A stretch of DNA of 64,000 bases. Origin: the human T2T-CHM13v2.0 reference genome, Homo sapiens. Both the position numbers and the translations under genes were made by a program. The stretch lies in the NCBI RefSeq assembly GCF_009914755.1, contig NC_060931.1. One strand, written 5' to 3'. The notes below the pieces were generated by a model. It saw only the letters and a program-made list of their open reading frames with translations, was not told the origin of the DNA and ran no database searches. This document shows, piece after piece, positions 1 through 18,890 of the stretch (position 1 is the stretch's first letter; each line of letters opens with the position of its first letter).

Positions 1-204
1 TGAATGCTATTTCTTTATCTAGAAGATTCTCTCCCCACCCCCACCTGCCTTATCTGGCATCTTCAGTGATTCCTGTGTCTCTTTGAGATCCAATTTAATT
101 GATAGTTCCTTTAGGAATCATTCCTATACTTCCCAAACTAAGATAAATGCCCCTTCTTATGCCCATATCCATCTGGGATTTTGCCTTCCTTCATACTTTA
201 TATC

Positions 205-1000
205 CAATACACCAAAATCTCTTGTTGGCTCTACCTTCAAAATAGATCCAGAATCTGATGACTTATCATCTTCTCAACTGCTACCACCCTGGTCCATACC
301 ACCATCTCTAGCCTACATTTCTGTGATAGCCTCCTAGTTGATTTATTCTTACCTACTTCAACCTAGCCTCCACAATCTATTCTCTACATGATAGCCAGGA
401 TGCCCTTTTAAAATCTAAGTCAAAGTCCTTCCTCTACTCAGAACCACTTGAGTTCCCTTGTTTCACTCATAGTGAAAGTCAACAGCCTTACAATGTCCTG
501 CACACCACCCTCCCTGCTCTGCCCCTACCTATCCTGACTGCTCTCCTGTCCTCACCTTTTACTCTCCTTCTTTCTCACTTCACTCCAGCCACCCTTGTTT
601 CCAACATTAGGGCTTTTCCACTGCCAGTTCTCTCTGCCTATATTGCCCCTAACCCAGATATTTCTGTGGTTAATCCATTCCCTACTTCTTTCAAATATTC
701 ATGTAAATGTTATCTTCTCAATGAGACCTACTCTGGCCATTCTTAACAGTGTAATGCATTACCCCCAACCCCCACTACAGATGCCCCTATTTCCCTTGTA
801 CCCTGCTCTACCTTTTGTTTTTTCACCCCATGACATTTTCCCCTTCTGTCATACTACATCATCTATTACTTTCATATTTAGTCTTTATTGTTTGATCCTC
901 ACACTAGAATATAAGCTCCACAAAAAACAGAAATCATTATCAATTTTGTTCACAAATGCATCCCAAGCATAAAAGGTGTTCAGTAAGTGTTGATTTTGAA
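205..1000 (+). mobile_element. L2 LINE 3' fragment
   Basis: ctctaccttcaaaatagatccagaatctg...ctgctaccaccctggtcca...gatagcctcctag resembles L2 3' consensus; ends in an L2-type tail. Confidence 0.7.
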
Positions 1001-1359
1001 TAGCAGTTAACCCAAACTTACGTTTTCTTCTCTACCTTTATTACTAGCTTGTGGGCTCTTTCAAGGCATGGTACATATATTTCATCTCTGATCTCAAATA
1101 CTCAGCATGGTTTCTGGCATAGAGCAGACATTATGTAAATGTTTACCAAAGGAATGAGAAATTATAAAAGCAAGCAATCAATTTATAATATGATTGCTTT
1201 GAAAAAATTTTAATATATAAATTTTGTTCATTAACAAATGAATGTCAAGAAAGGAAAGTGTATGACTTCTAGAGTGGCTTGCTTTTTTACCTAAGTACTC
1301 TCTTTTAGTTATATTCTATCATTTCATTTGAGATAAATGTAACCAAATATCATTAAAGC

Positions 1360-1520
1360 TGGAAGAGACCCATCACTGTTTTATAGATGAATCCCAAGAA
1401 TTGAAAGTGATTCGCCCAAGATCAGTCAGCTGGTTAGTAACAGGGGCCAGGACTGTTAGCTCGTTAGTAACAGGGGTGAGGTGAAATTCATGTCACCTGA
1501 CCCAGTGCTGCTTTTGCATG
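1360..1520 (-). mobile_element. MIR fragment
   Basis: ttttatagatga...aagtgattcgcccaagatcagtcagctggttagt is the reverse MIR core. Confidence 0.55.
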
Positions 1521-4500
1521 TGCACGAGGACTCTGGGAAATTGATGTATTTGATCCCAAACATCTACCACAGTTTCTGATCCATTCTAAATATTAATGAA
1601 ATGCTATTGAAGGAATGAAAGATGATCAATAGGTTTATAGTATGTTTCCTTTTTTTATTTCTTTTTAAGATACCTTTAATGCTCCTGGTCTACTTTTTCA
1701 GTTGACACAAAGGTGGTTCATCAAACACCCAAACTTTGAACGCTGAGCCTTGGATTCCAAACCTTAGTATATTTAAAAATAAATAAAGTTTCAAATCATT
1801 TTTTAATTGTTCAGTAAAATTATTTCCATGTGCAAGAGTTATGTCATCCAGAATCCTAAAGTAAATATTTAAATGAGAATTATGTTTGGTGTCATGTGAA
1901 TTTTCAAACTTACTTTGAGTAAAATTTCAGAATTTATGATGTAAAAGAAAGCTTAAACTATGCAATACAGTTAAGAAAAAGGAAGTCGAGAGGTCTATGA
2001 AACATCTAAAGAAATGGAATATCACTGTGATTGTGTTCACAGTACAGTACATTCTTTCTCACTTTTTATCCTGAGACCAGTTCCAGAAAGTCGAATAGAA
2101 TAAAATCATAGAGTTACAAAAGGCCTTCCTCAAAGATGAGCTTGCCCCTACTTCTCACTTGACAGAGGTGAAAATTCAGGATGTCAGCATTATTATCTTC
2201 ACTTACTGAAGCACATAAAAATGAACTCAACTGTCAGAGTGATGTGGTAACTGGAGTATACCCAATTTGAAGGAAAAAAGAAAGAGCTTCCATTTGCTAA
2301 GCATAACTGCCAGAAGTGCCCCAAGACACATCCAATGTCACGTAGGCATTATCTCAGGAATAACATTTATGCCATTCCTCTCTGCAATTCTTAGGGTTAG
2401 GCTAAACTGTTTGAGAATGGAGAAATTGAGAACTTGACACAAAAGAAAATTCATCCAAGTTCACATAATGAATAGGTGACAGAGTAAATGCCAAGGTCCT
2501 GATTTAGTCATTCATTCCACAGATACGTTTAGATGTCATGCTGGGACCTGAGGACCCAACAGTAAACAAGGCAGATGCAGTCCCTGCTTCATAGAGCTTA
2601 CACAGACATTTAACCACCAAAAACAATTCTAAAGTATAAAAGCATGATTATTATGGCTTACAATGTTAGGGTGTTGCCCTAGGATTTTTGTTCTGCTTTG
2701 GTTTGGATTGGGAAATTACTATGTATCTTACACCCAGAAAAGATCTAGGATCCCTGAAGAAATCTTACTCCCAGGGCTTCACTTATATGTGAAGAGGACA
2801 ATTCCCTGTTACTGATGGACTCATCATAACAGGACTGAATAGTATGTACAGCTAAGCTAAGACAGTTTTCTTTTTTATTTGTTTGCTTGGTTGGCTTAGT
2901 TCATTGGTTGGTTGCCTTTTTTTTTTTTTTTTTTTTTTTGCTACCAGTGAAGAGACAGACTACTGGGATCAGAGACCTAGAGCCTGGTGGAGACAGTCCA
3001 GCCTTCTTCTTATGTTTACAATTCTCTACACCTGGAAGAGGAGAAGAGGCAGAAAATGGGTAGTCCAGCCTTGCCACCCTACTCACCTCTGTGTCTGATT
3101 CATCCAATAGGAACAAGGTTCACTCCTGGTTGGGACTATAATCACAGAGCACAGGCCAGGAAGGGCAGATTTTCTGGGACACTGCACTCCAAGGAATAAC
3201 GTTTTAGCTGGCCCCAACCCAGCAAGGCTCTCCTCTTGAAAAGTACAGGGCCATCCAAGGCACAGTGAGGAAGCCAAAATGGTAATGGCCACATCTTTAG
3301 ATGAATGGGCTTTGAAGTCCCTGAAAGAGCAAACTGCTCTTGATCTTGCTTCCTCCCCTGGAACATTTGTAGTTCCCACAAAAGCACAGAAACTTGTTCC
3401 AGCTCTGCTGATCAAAAGCATTTCCAAAATGTAAAGATAAATATCCTGTACTTCTTTCTTCCCCCTTCTCTCTGGTCAGCTTCCTGGGGTCATAAGAATA
3501 AGATTTTAAACCCCCAAAGGGCACCACTAATGTGGTCACTTATTTGTTTATGCACCGTGCATCTGTGCTTTGGTGTCTTAGAGGCTTGAGAAATGATTCC
3601 CATTTTAAGGTCATGCTGTGGAGAACAGGAGCCTCTAGGAAACCTAATTTTCCACTTAGGCTTGTGCTTTCTGCTGCTGCTGCTGCTGCTTGTTATTTTT
3701 ACTATTATCATTATAGTTGTTATTATTATTGTCATTATTATTTAATAATCCTTAATTTATTATGAGTCATTTATACATCCTGTGAGGCAGAAAAAAGTAA
3801 TGATCCCCAATGAAGTATGAAAGAAATGGATCATACCACCTTGCTAGTCAGAAAAAATTACAGTAAAAATACTATTTCCTTGATGTTTCCAGACTTTTTT
3901 GGATACTGTGGTATGTTTACAGGAATATCACTTGCAAAGGTATCTGGAGATTGGAAAAAAATATTCTAAGTATTTTTTTTTAAATGTAACTAAAATCCTG
4001 TTTAAAAATCAGTTTACCTTATCTATGTCCCTTTCAAGATAGCTTGTATTATCCCAACAAGAACATAGTCTTCTAAAGGTTTCTAATCTCTGGAAACTTT
4101 GTCATAGTAGAGTTAAAAACATAGTTTTTTCCACTTCTGTATACCTTTATGCTATTACTTATCCTGAGCAGGACACTGAGAAGCCAACATACATAAAGGA
4201 ACTATTTTCAGTAGGTTCAGAAAAGCTATCAGATTGCTGTACTCACCAGGATAGCAATCACATACTGAAATAGAGGAATGTTCTCTAAAGAACTTCAAAC
4301 AATTATACTGTTATCCAATGGACCATGAGTGTATGGGAAGCTATCCTAAAGTTGAGTTTAGTAAGCCTTCACAGAAACATAGCAAAATTTTCATAATGCC
4401 TGAGCAATGAGCATACATCCTAAAGATTAAGGATGCTGATGTTATACTCTGAGGATCAGGCATTGAGAAGGATGGCTAAAGAACTTGAAAACTAGTCACC

Positions 4501-5154
4501 ATTTTCACCTGCCTCTTACCAAAAGCACTTAGCAGGGGTCCACAATACTTCTTATCACTTTATGTGACATCAGCAGGCAAGGTTAGCTAGTCAGTCTATG
4601 TTTCTTCCCTGAACCCCTAGCATGGTTCCTGGGGCTACTGTACCTACACTCCAAACTATGATAATCAAAGGATTCATTCCACTGTCTAAAGTATATTAGA
4701 ATTTGTTAACGTGGCAGAGTCCTCTGAAGTCATAGTAATAACATTCCAGAATATTCAAAGATTTCATTCTCTTTTGTCTTTAAAAAAAAAAAAAACAATT
4801 TTACTAGCACAGAGTTGACCATAACTTAAATTTACAAAATAACATCTCAACCACCAACTACAAAATCATATTCATACACACAAAGCTGCTGGACCAAGTA
4901 TGATTAGATAGTCTAAGATTGCCATTAATATTAACCTACTACTTGTCCATTCATTCTCCCTAGCACACAAGAAGTAAAGTAACGAAAGTTTCTCAAATGT
5001 ATGTTTTTTTTTTAAATTAAGGCAGTTTAATGTATTACTTTAACCAGCCACTTTGGAAAAGATGATTATTTCTCTTTTACTTTTAGAGTGGGGTTAACAC
5101 ATACAGAACCGAAGTATAGGAGGATAAGTTAAGAGCCATTGGTCTAGGTTAGTT

Positions 5155-5218
5155 TTTATTTTATTTTATTTTATTTTATTTTATTTTATTTTATTTTATT
5201 TTATTTTATTTTATTTTA
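5155..5218. repeat. (ATTTT)n microsatellite derived from L1 poly(A) tail
   Basis: About 12 ATTTT units directly abutting the L1 3' end. Confidence 0.9.
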
Positions 5219-6657
5219 TGTTCCAGGATACAAGTGCAGAACATACAGGTTTCTTGCACAGGTAAACATGTGCCATGGTGGTTTGCTGCACCTATCAACG
5301 CATCATCTAGGTATTAAGCCCCACATACATTAGCTATTGATCCTGGTGTTCTCCCTCCCCCTGCACCCCGACAGGCCCCAGTGTGTGTTCTCATTGTTCA
5401 GCTTCCACTTATAACTGAGAACATGTGGTGTTTGGTTTCCTGTTCCTGTGTTAGTTTGCTGAGGACAATGGCTTTCATGTCCATGCAAAGGACATGATCT
5501 CGTTCCATTTTTTGGCTGCATAGTATTCCATGGTGTATATGTACCACATTTATTTTTATCCAGTCTGTCATTGATGGGCATTTGGGTTGGTTCCATGTCT
5601 TTGCTATAGTGAATAGTGTTGCAATGGACAGAATGATTTACATTTCTTTGGATATATACCCAGTAATGAGATTGCTGGGTCAAATGGTATTTCTGGTTCA
5701 AGGTCTTTGAGGAATTGCCACACTGTCTTCCACAATGGTTGATCTAATTTACATTCCCACCAATAGTGTAAAAGCATTCCTATTTCTCCAAAGCCTTGCC
5801 ACCATCTATTGTTTCTTGACTTTTAAATAATGTTTATTAATAAGTTTAAGTTCCTTGTAGATTCTGGCTTTGTCAGATGAACAGATTGCAAAAATTTTCT
5901 CCCGTTCCGTAGGTTGGTTGTTCAGTTGAGAAGTCTCTTTTGCTGTGCAGAATCTCTTTAGTTTAATTAGATCTCATTTGTCAATTTTTGCTTTTGTGGC
6001 AATTGCTTTTGATGTTTTAATCATACAATCTTTGCTCATGCCTATGTCCTGAATTGTATTACCTAGTTTTTCTTATAGGGTTTTTATAGTTTTGGGGTTT
6101 ACATTAAAGTATTTAATCCATCTTGAGTTAATTTTTGTATAAGGTACAAGGAAGGGATCCTATTTTAATTTTCTGCATATGGCTAGCCAGTTTTCCCAGC
6201 ACCATTTATTAAATAGGGACTCCTTTCCCCATTGCATGTTTTTGTCAGGTTTCTTAAAGATCAGATGATTGTTGATGTGTGGTCTTATTTCTGAGATCTC
6301 TATTCTGTTCCATTGGTCCATGTGTCTGTTTTTGTACCTGTACTATGCTGTTTGGGTTACAGTAGCCTTGTTGTATAGTTTGAAGTCAGGTAGCATCATG
6401 CTGCCACCTTTGTTTTTTTTGCTTAGGACTCTCTTGGCTATATGGGCTCTGTTGGTTCCATATTAATTTTAAAGTAGTTTCCCTAATTCTGTGAAGAATG
6501 TCGATGGTAATTTAGTGGGAAAAGCATTGAATCTATAAATTACTTTGGGCAGTGTGGCCATCTTCACGATACTGATTCTTCCTATCCATGAGCATGGAAT
6601 GTTTTTTCATTTGTTTGTGTTCTCTCTTATTTCCTTGAGCAGTGGTTTGTAGTTCTC

Positions 6658-8945
6658 TGATACGGTTTGGCTGTGTCCCCACCCAAATCTCATCTTAAAT
6701 TATAGCTCTATAATTCTCACATGTCATGGAAGGGACTCAATGGGTGGTAATTGAATCATGGGGGCAGGTCTTTTCCACGCTGTTCTCATGATAGGGAATA
6801 AGTCTCATGAGATCTGAAGGTTTTATAAAAGGGCAGATCCCCTGTGAATGTTCTCTTGCCTGCTGCCATGTAAGATATGCCTTTGCTCCTCCTTTGCCTT
6901 CTGCCTTGATTGTGAGGCTGCCCCAGCCATGTGGAATTGTGAGTCCATTCAACATCTTTTTCTTTATAATTACCCAGTCTCAGGTATGTCTTTATTAACC
7001 GAGTGAAAATGAATTAATACAATAAATTGGTACCAGTAGAGAGGGGTGTTGCTCTAAAGATACCTGAAAATGTGGAAGCGACTTTGGAACTGGGTAACAG
7101 GCAGAGGTTGGAACAGTTTGGAGGGCTCAGAAGAAGACAGGAAAATGTGGGAAAGTTTGGAACTTCCTAGAAACTTGTTGAATGGTTTTGACCAAAATGC
7201 TGATAGTAATATGGACAATGAAGTCCAGCTTGAATTGGTCTCAGATGGAGATGAGGAACTTGTTGGGAACTGGAGCAAAGGCAACTCTTGTTATGTTTTA
7301 GCAAAGAGACTGGCAGCATTTTGTCCCTGCCCAAGAGATTTGTGGAGCTTTGAACTTGAGAGAGATGATTTAGGGTATCTGGCAGAAGAAATTTCTAAGC
7401 AGTTCAAAATGTGACTTGGGTGCTGTTAAAGGCATTCAGTTTTATGTACTCACAAAGATATGTATTGGAATTGGAACTTATGTTTAAAAGAGGAGAGCAT
7501 AAAAATTTGGAAAATTTGCAGCCTGACAATGCAATAAAAAAGAAAAACCCATTTTCTAAAGAGAAGTTCAAGCTGGCTGCATAAATCTGCATAAGGAGTG
7601 AGGAGTCAAATGTTAATTGCTAAGACAATTGGGAAAATATCTCCAGGACATGTCAGAGACCTTCACAGAATCCCCTCCCATCCCAACATCCCCTCCCATC
7701 ACAACTCAGAAGGCCTAGGAGATAAAAAATGATTTCCTGGGCTGGGACCAGGGCCTCAGTGCTTTGTGCAGTCTCAGGACTCGGTGCCTGCATCCCAGCC
7801 GTGGCTAAAAGGGGCCAATGTAGAGCTCAGGCCATTGCTTCACAGGGTGCAAGCCCCAAGCCTTGGTGACTTACACATGATGTTGGGCCTGCATGTGCAC
7901 AGAAGACAATAATTGAGGTTTGGGAACCTCAGCCTGGATTTCAGAGGATGTATGGAAACACCTGGGTGTCCAGGGAGAGGTGTGCTGCAGGGGTGGAGCC
8001 TTCATGGAGAACCTCTGCTAGGGCAGTATAGAAGGAAAAAGTGGAGTATGAGCCCCCACACAGATTCCCCATCTGGGGACTGCATAGTGGAGCTGTGAGA
8101 AGAGGGCCACCATCCTCCAGACCTGAGGATGGTAGATCTACCTACAGCTTGCACTGTGCACCTGGAAAAGCCGCAGACACTCAACCCAGCCCATGAAAGC
8201 AGCCAGGAGGGGAGCTGTACCCTACAAAGCCAGAGGGGTGGAGCTGCCCAAGACCATGGGAACCCACCTCTTGCATGAGCTTGACCTGGATGTGAGACAT
8301 GGAGTCAAAGGAGACCATTTTGGAGCTTCAAGATTTGACTGCCCTACTGGATTTTGGACTTGCATGGGTCCTGTAGCCCCTTCATTTTGGCCTACTTTTC
8401 CCATTTGAAATGGGTGTGTATAACAAATGCCTGTACCCCCATTGTATATAGGAAGTAACTAATGTGCTTTTGATTTTACAGGCTCATAGGCAAAGACACT
8501 TGCCTTGTCTCAGATGAGACTTTGACTGTGGACTTTTGAGTTAATGCTGAAATGAGTTAAGACTTTGGGGGACTCTTGGAAATGCATGATTGGTTTTGAA
8601 ATGTAAGGCCATGAGATTTGGGAGGGGCCAGGAGTGGATTGATATGGTTTGGCTGTGTTCTCACCCAAATCTCATCTTGAATTGTAGCTCCAATAATTCC
8701 CACATGTCATGGGTGGGACCCAGTGGGAGGTAATTGAATCATGGGCTGATGGTTTTATAAAGGAGAGTTCCCCTCTTCTTGCCTGACACCACGTTTATGT
8801 GACTTTGTGTTCATTCACCTCCTGCCATGATTGAGGCCTACCCAGCCATGTGGAACTCTGAGTCTGTAAACCTCTTTCCTTTATAAATTACCTAGTCTTG
8901 GGTATGTCTTTATTAGCAGAGTGAGAGCTGAGAGCAGACCATACA
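6658..8945 (+). mobile_element. Full-length THE1 (THE1B-like) MaLR element: 5' LTR 6658-7021, internal 7022-8639, 3' LTR 8640-8945
   Basis: Both LTRs start tgata(c/t)ggtttggctgtg and end ataca. Purine tract precedes the 3' LTR. 5-bp TSD ttctc/tactc. Internal ORF 7070-7414 (LELPRNLLNGFDQNADS) is typical of THE1-int. Confidence 0.93.
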
Positions 8946-9055
8946 TACTCCTTGAAGAGGTCCTTCATTTCCTTTGTTAGCTGTATTCCTAGGTATTTTT
9001 TTCTCTTACTAGCAATTGTGAATGGAAGTTCATTCATGATTTGGCTCTCTGCTCA

Positions 9056-9178
<123 letters not shown>

Positions 9179-9412
9179 TCATGGCATCTGCAAACAGAGA
9201 AAGTTTGACTTCCTCTCTTCCTATTTGAATACTCTTTATTCCTTTCTCTTGACTAATTGCCCCGGACACAACTTCCAATAATATGTTTGATAGGAGTAGA
9301 GAGAGAGGGCATCCTTGTCTTGTGCCAGTTTTCAAAGGGAATGCTTCCAGCTTTTGCCCATTCAGTATGATATTGCCTATGGGTTTGTTATAAGTGTCTC
9401 CTATTATTTTGA

Positions 9413-9728
<316 letters not shown>

Positions 9729-9872
9729 AATACCTAGTTTGTTGAGAGTTTTTAACGTGAAGGTATGTTGAATTTTATTGAAGGCCTTTTATATGTCTGT
9801 TGAGATAATCATGTGTTTTTTGTCTTCAGTATGCTTACTGATTTGTATATGTTGAACCAGGCTTGCATGCCA

Positions 9873-10844
<972 letters not shown>

Positions 10845-10908
10845 TAAGTTATTTAAGTTATTTAAATTGCACTTTGAGACAAGATTATACTTTCTACCCC
10901 TATAGTAA

Positions 10909-11269
<361 letters not shown>

Positions 11270-13656
11270 ACCACAGCAAACATCTTACAAGTTTGTTCTT
11301 CATGATAAAGCAAAGACAGAATTTGGAATTGAGTGTTTTAGAGCTAGTGCTGCTAGAGAATTTTCCTTTTTAATATGGAGGGGATTTGTGGGCAATGGTG
11401 ACATATGTACATAGAAAAAAACAACACAATGCTATAATTATGAAACTTTTCAGAGAATCTTTAGTATTCAGTGTGAAACAGTGTCAGGTACTACAACAGA
11501 TGAGATTAAAAGAGAAAAAAATTCTTTCTGCCATCAAGTATCTTAGCAACTAGTAAGGGCAATAAGAGAGTAACTTTTACAATACACAGCAGTTCATCAC
11601 TGGCCTCTTAAGAGAGCTATAAGTTGCATAGTATTTAGATACAAAAGAGGGACCATAGTGAGCAGAGGGTCAGAAAAGGCTTCCTAAAAGTTATAATTTT
11701 TAGAATACAATCAAGATTTCATTAACAAATTCAGAATTCCTTGGGAAATTAAAAATTAAATTGGAACCGTAAAGTGTTGTTTTGATTTTATAGATTAAAT
11801 ATAAAATGTGTGTTTTAGTCCCCTTGTATAAAAAATATATAAACTTCTCTAAAACCACATTGGTTGTGATCCTTGGTCTATCATTTTCACCCTGAATTTA
11901 AGCTAAAACCAATTAAATTTTAATCTGAAAGGAAAAGAAGAAAAAAGAAAACTAGCATTTATTGATTGCCACTGGCCTGACATAACCATTTTGTATATTT
12001 TATTCATTAATTCTCACAAAAATCCATCAGGTTGGTAGATATTATTTCCCTCTATTTTATAAGTTTAAATGTGTCTCAAAAGTGTTAAATGTCTTTCTCC
12101 AATTTGCAAAACTAAGTGGCTTTGGAGATTTGGAGACCCAAGTCTATCTGTTTCCTACTCACACATTATTTTCCGCTCCTGCTTCCTAAAAAGAAAAGAA
12201 AAAAAAACAAGGTTTGTATTTAGAAAAAGGATGCAGTCTCATTGTCATTTGGCTCAGCTTACCTATGTGCATTCACAGTAATAATAAAATATTGTTTCCA
12301 AATCTGAATAATATAAGAAGGTATTTGTTAACTCATTAGTTGTTATAATGTAATTGTTATAATGATGTCTTTAATAAAGAATGACTCATAGGAAAGGCCT
12401 CCAACTACATACTTCACTCCTTCCTCTGAGAGCATCAGATTGCGCCAGATCAATATTTGCAATATCATACTGTTATTTCTGAGAATCAATAGTAAATTGA
12501 AAAAAAAAAAACGTAATCAGGCTACAGATCACCATGTCTTCAATGCTGTTGAAGACTACATTTCTCTTCCCTATCACACCATTCTCTCACTCTAATTACA
12601 AACCTCCATATATTTAATTAAAAGTAAATTGGTTGAAGAAATGAGAAAAATACTGGGTCTGAAACCCTTCTAGGTTTCCATCCAAGACCATGATAGTTTT
12701 GTGGGTTTGTTTAATGTGTTTAAAAGCTTTTCCTGTTGAATTCATGTTATTAAGGGGTGGTAGTAGTAGTTGTTTTATAGCACACATCACAAATCAAGTT
12801 AAAAATTTTAAATGCAATTAATACCTTCATAAGTTAGAGCATCTTCAGAGTTTTCTATCACAAAGTTTTGTTTACAGGCTATTCAGTCACCAATAATCAC
12901 ATTTTAGCAATATACCACTTTCTTAGGGTACTTAACAAAATCTTTATCTCTAAAATGCTTATAGTCTAATAAAACCTTCAACCATGATTTCTCAATTGTA
13001 ATAAAAGTAGAAAACAAAGAGAATTTATCATTTCTCAGTCATCAAAAAGCAAGCCTTTAGATAAAGAAGACATTTATATCTTCATTTCTATTCACTATGT
13101 GTAATCTTCAGCAATATTTTAAACAACAGATATACAAACAAAATATATCTAAATGTAAAGCCAACATCCAGAGATGAGTTCCTTATCTTTTGCCTACCTC
13201 AATTCACCCTTAAAACTTACCCTGTTATGAATCCTTCCTCAATTTGAATCCTTTCTTTTCAGTAGAGAAATTTGTCACATTCCTTTTCTGCCTTTTTCTG
13301 TTGCAAGGGTCTTTTAAGGCTGAATTAATCCAATGGCTAAACTGTAGAAAAGAAAAAGGAAAGTATACTTTGTTTTCTTTTTCTTGGGAGCATGATCTCA
13401 TGGTTTTATTTAAAATATTGTAGCAATATTTAGGATGCTGATAGACACTTTTAGAAATAAAGTAAGAGTAATTAATTTGACAGCAAAACTAGGAAAACCA
13501 GAGGCTGCCCTCCCAGCCTTCTACTTTTTGCTGCCACTTACAGTTTAAGTTTAAGTCATCCAAGTTACTTGGCTAAGGATTGAATTAACTAGCATGATTC
13601 CCTGAGTGCAGGCACAGCCCTTTTTTCGCATCCCAAGCCCCAGTGTGGCAAGAGGT

Positions 13657-13680
13657 GTTTGTTTGTTTGTTTGTTTGTTT
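13657..13680. repeat. (GTTT)n microsatellite
   Basis: About 6 GTTT units. Confidence 0.8.
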
Positions 13681-13839
13681 TTCCCTCATGTTTGATGGCC
13701 CACCACAAAAGCTCACTCAGTCATGAAGCTAAAATAAAGAAATTGTCAAAAGTTCAGAATCCTGAAATTTTAGTAATCGTTGTGAAGATGTATGTCAGTT
13801 AACGCTTTATCATTTTTAAATTGCTTTTGATCACAGTCA

Positions 13840-14010
13840 TTTGATCCTTACCACAATCCCGTGAAGGTGGTCAAGCAGATATTATTATTTACCATTTTAT
13901 AGATGAGAATATAGAGAATGAGGTGGAGTGACTCAACTACGGTCAAAGAAAAAGAACCCCTCCTGGAGTAGAATTCACATTCTTGGATCATTGCACAGTG
14001 ATATGTTCCT
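13840..14010 (-). mobile_element. MIR fragment
   Basis: atttgatccttaccacaatccc...ccattttatagatgagaatatagag reverse MIR core. Confidence 0.6.
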
Positions 14011-14210
14011 TCAGCTTGCAATGTTATAGGCAGTAAAATGATTGTTATCTCATAATGCATAAAAATTGCACTGGAGGCAAAACCAGTCTCCAGTTATGAT
14101 TGTCACTGGAGATTCTTGAGAGAATATTGCCATGAATAAGAGTAAGAGACACTGAACCAGTAAAGATCATATTCATTCTAGATCTGCCACTGCATGGCTC
14201 AGTGGATTAG

Positions 14211-14672
<462 letters not shown>

Positions 14673-14731
14673 TAGAGCGGATTTCTATTAGTGATAATAG
14701 GATATCCTTCTGCATTTAAAGAGGATGGTAG

Positions 14732-15035
<304 letters not shown>

Positions 15036-15159
15036 TAAAGAGGATGGTAGTATACATTCCACTCACACTGAGATTTCCTAAAGGAAATTGGATTAGAAAT
15101 GGACTTTGAAGAACCAGGGAAAATTTATGTGTTGTTCAATATATATTATAGACCTTTTT

Positions 15160-15647
15160 TTTATTTTTTAAAACTAGACTTTATTTTTTTAGAGCAGTTT
15201 TGGTTTCAGAGCAACATTAAATGGAAAATACAGAGAGTTCCCACATACTCCTCCCTGACCACATATACACAACCTTCCCACCATTAACATCCCAATCAGT
15301 GTGGTGCATTTGCTACAGTTAATGAACCAACATTGACACATCATCAACCAAAGCTCATGTTTTACATTAGGGTTCACTCTTTTTGTTATGCATTCTATAT
15401 GTTTTAAGTGTAAAATAACATCCATTCAGCATTATAGTACCAGAGAATAGTTTCACTGCCCTAAGACTCCCCTGTGCTCCACCTATTCATCTCTTCCTCC
15501 TCCTAAACCCCTGGCAACCACTCATCTTTTCACTGTCTCCACAGTTTTGCCTTTTACAGAATGACATATAGTTGGAATCATATAGTATGTGCCTTTTCAA
15601 GTTTGCTTCTTTCAATTAGCAATATGCATTTAAGATTGCATCATATC
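15160..15647 (-). mobile_element. Old L1M (L1MC1-like) 3' end, probably carried as a 3' transduction of the adjacent L1PA
   Basis: ttttagagcagttttggtttcagagcaacatt...acagagagttcccacatac resembles the L1MC 3' terminus; lies inside the L1PA TSD pair. Confidence 0.75.
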
Positions 15648-18295
<2,648 letters not shown>

Positions 18296-18574
18296 ATATT
18301 GCAGACCTTTTTACATAAGTCCCAGCCTTAGACTCTGGAAATTAAGAAGCGAAACCTAGCAATGGCCCCACCCTCTTCTGTAGCTTTTTTTTTCCCCCAC
18401 AAATAAGCTAGTACAGATATAGAATGCCACATGCTGATCCATACCATGAAGAAAAATATAGCACGCCAAGTGGAATAAGGCATCCCAGGTAGAGGGGTGT
18501 CTGTGTGTGTTTGTGTTTGTATGTGTGTGTGTTAGAATTGGGGTGGAGGGGGTAGAAGTTTAATGTTTTATATA

Positions 18575-18890
18575 ATGTAATCAAAAGAAACCTCACTGAC
18601 AGTTTGAGCCAGAGGTCAAATGAGCAGAGACCTGAAGAGGTGAGGGAGCAACCCATGAGGAAATATGGGGGAGAGCTTCACAGCAAGGAATAACAAGGCA
18701 TAAGGTGTGAGCCACCTGTTTAATATGTTTAAGGGGAAGCAAAGAGACCAGTGTGGCTAGATGGAGTTAGCGTGGAAGAGACAGAAGAAATAAGGTCAGA
18801 GAAGTGGTGAGAGCCTTGTAAGGATTTTGGACTTTACTCTGAGTGAAATTGGAAGCATTGAGAAACTCTGAGAAGTGACAGGAACAATAT
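18575..18890 (-). mobile_element. L2 fragment
   Basis: tgagcagagacctgaagaggtgagggagc...agagaccagtgtggctaga...ttggactttactctgagtgaa reverse L2. Confidence 0.65.

Noticed and set aside
3671-3742. (CTG)6-7 followed by a degenerate (TTA)n tract
   Set aside because: Short intronic repeat well below unstable lengths.
7070-7414. 114-aa ORF
   Set aside because: Fragment of the THE1 internal region, not a host gene.
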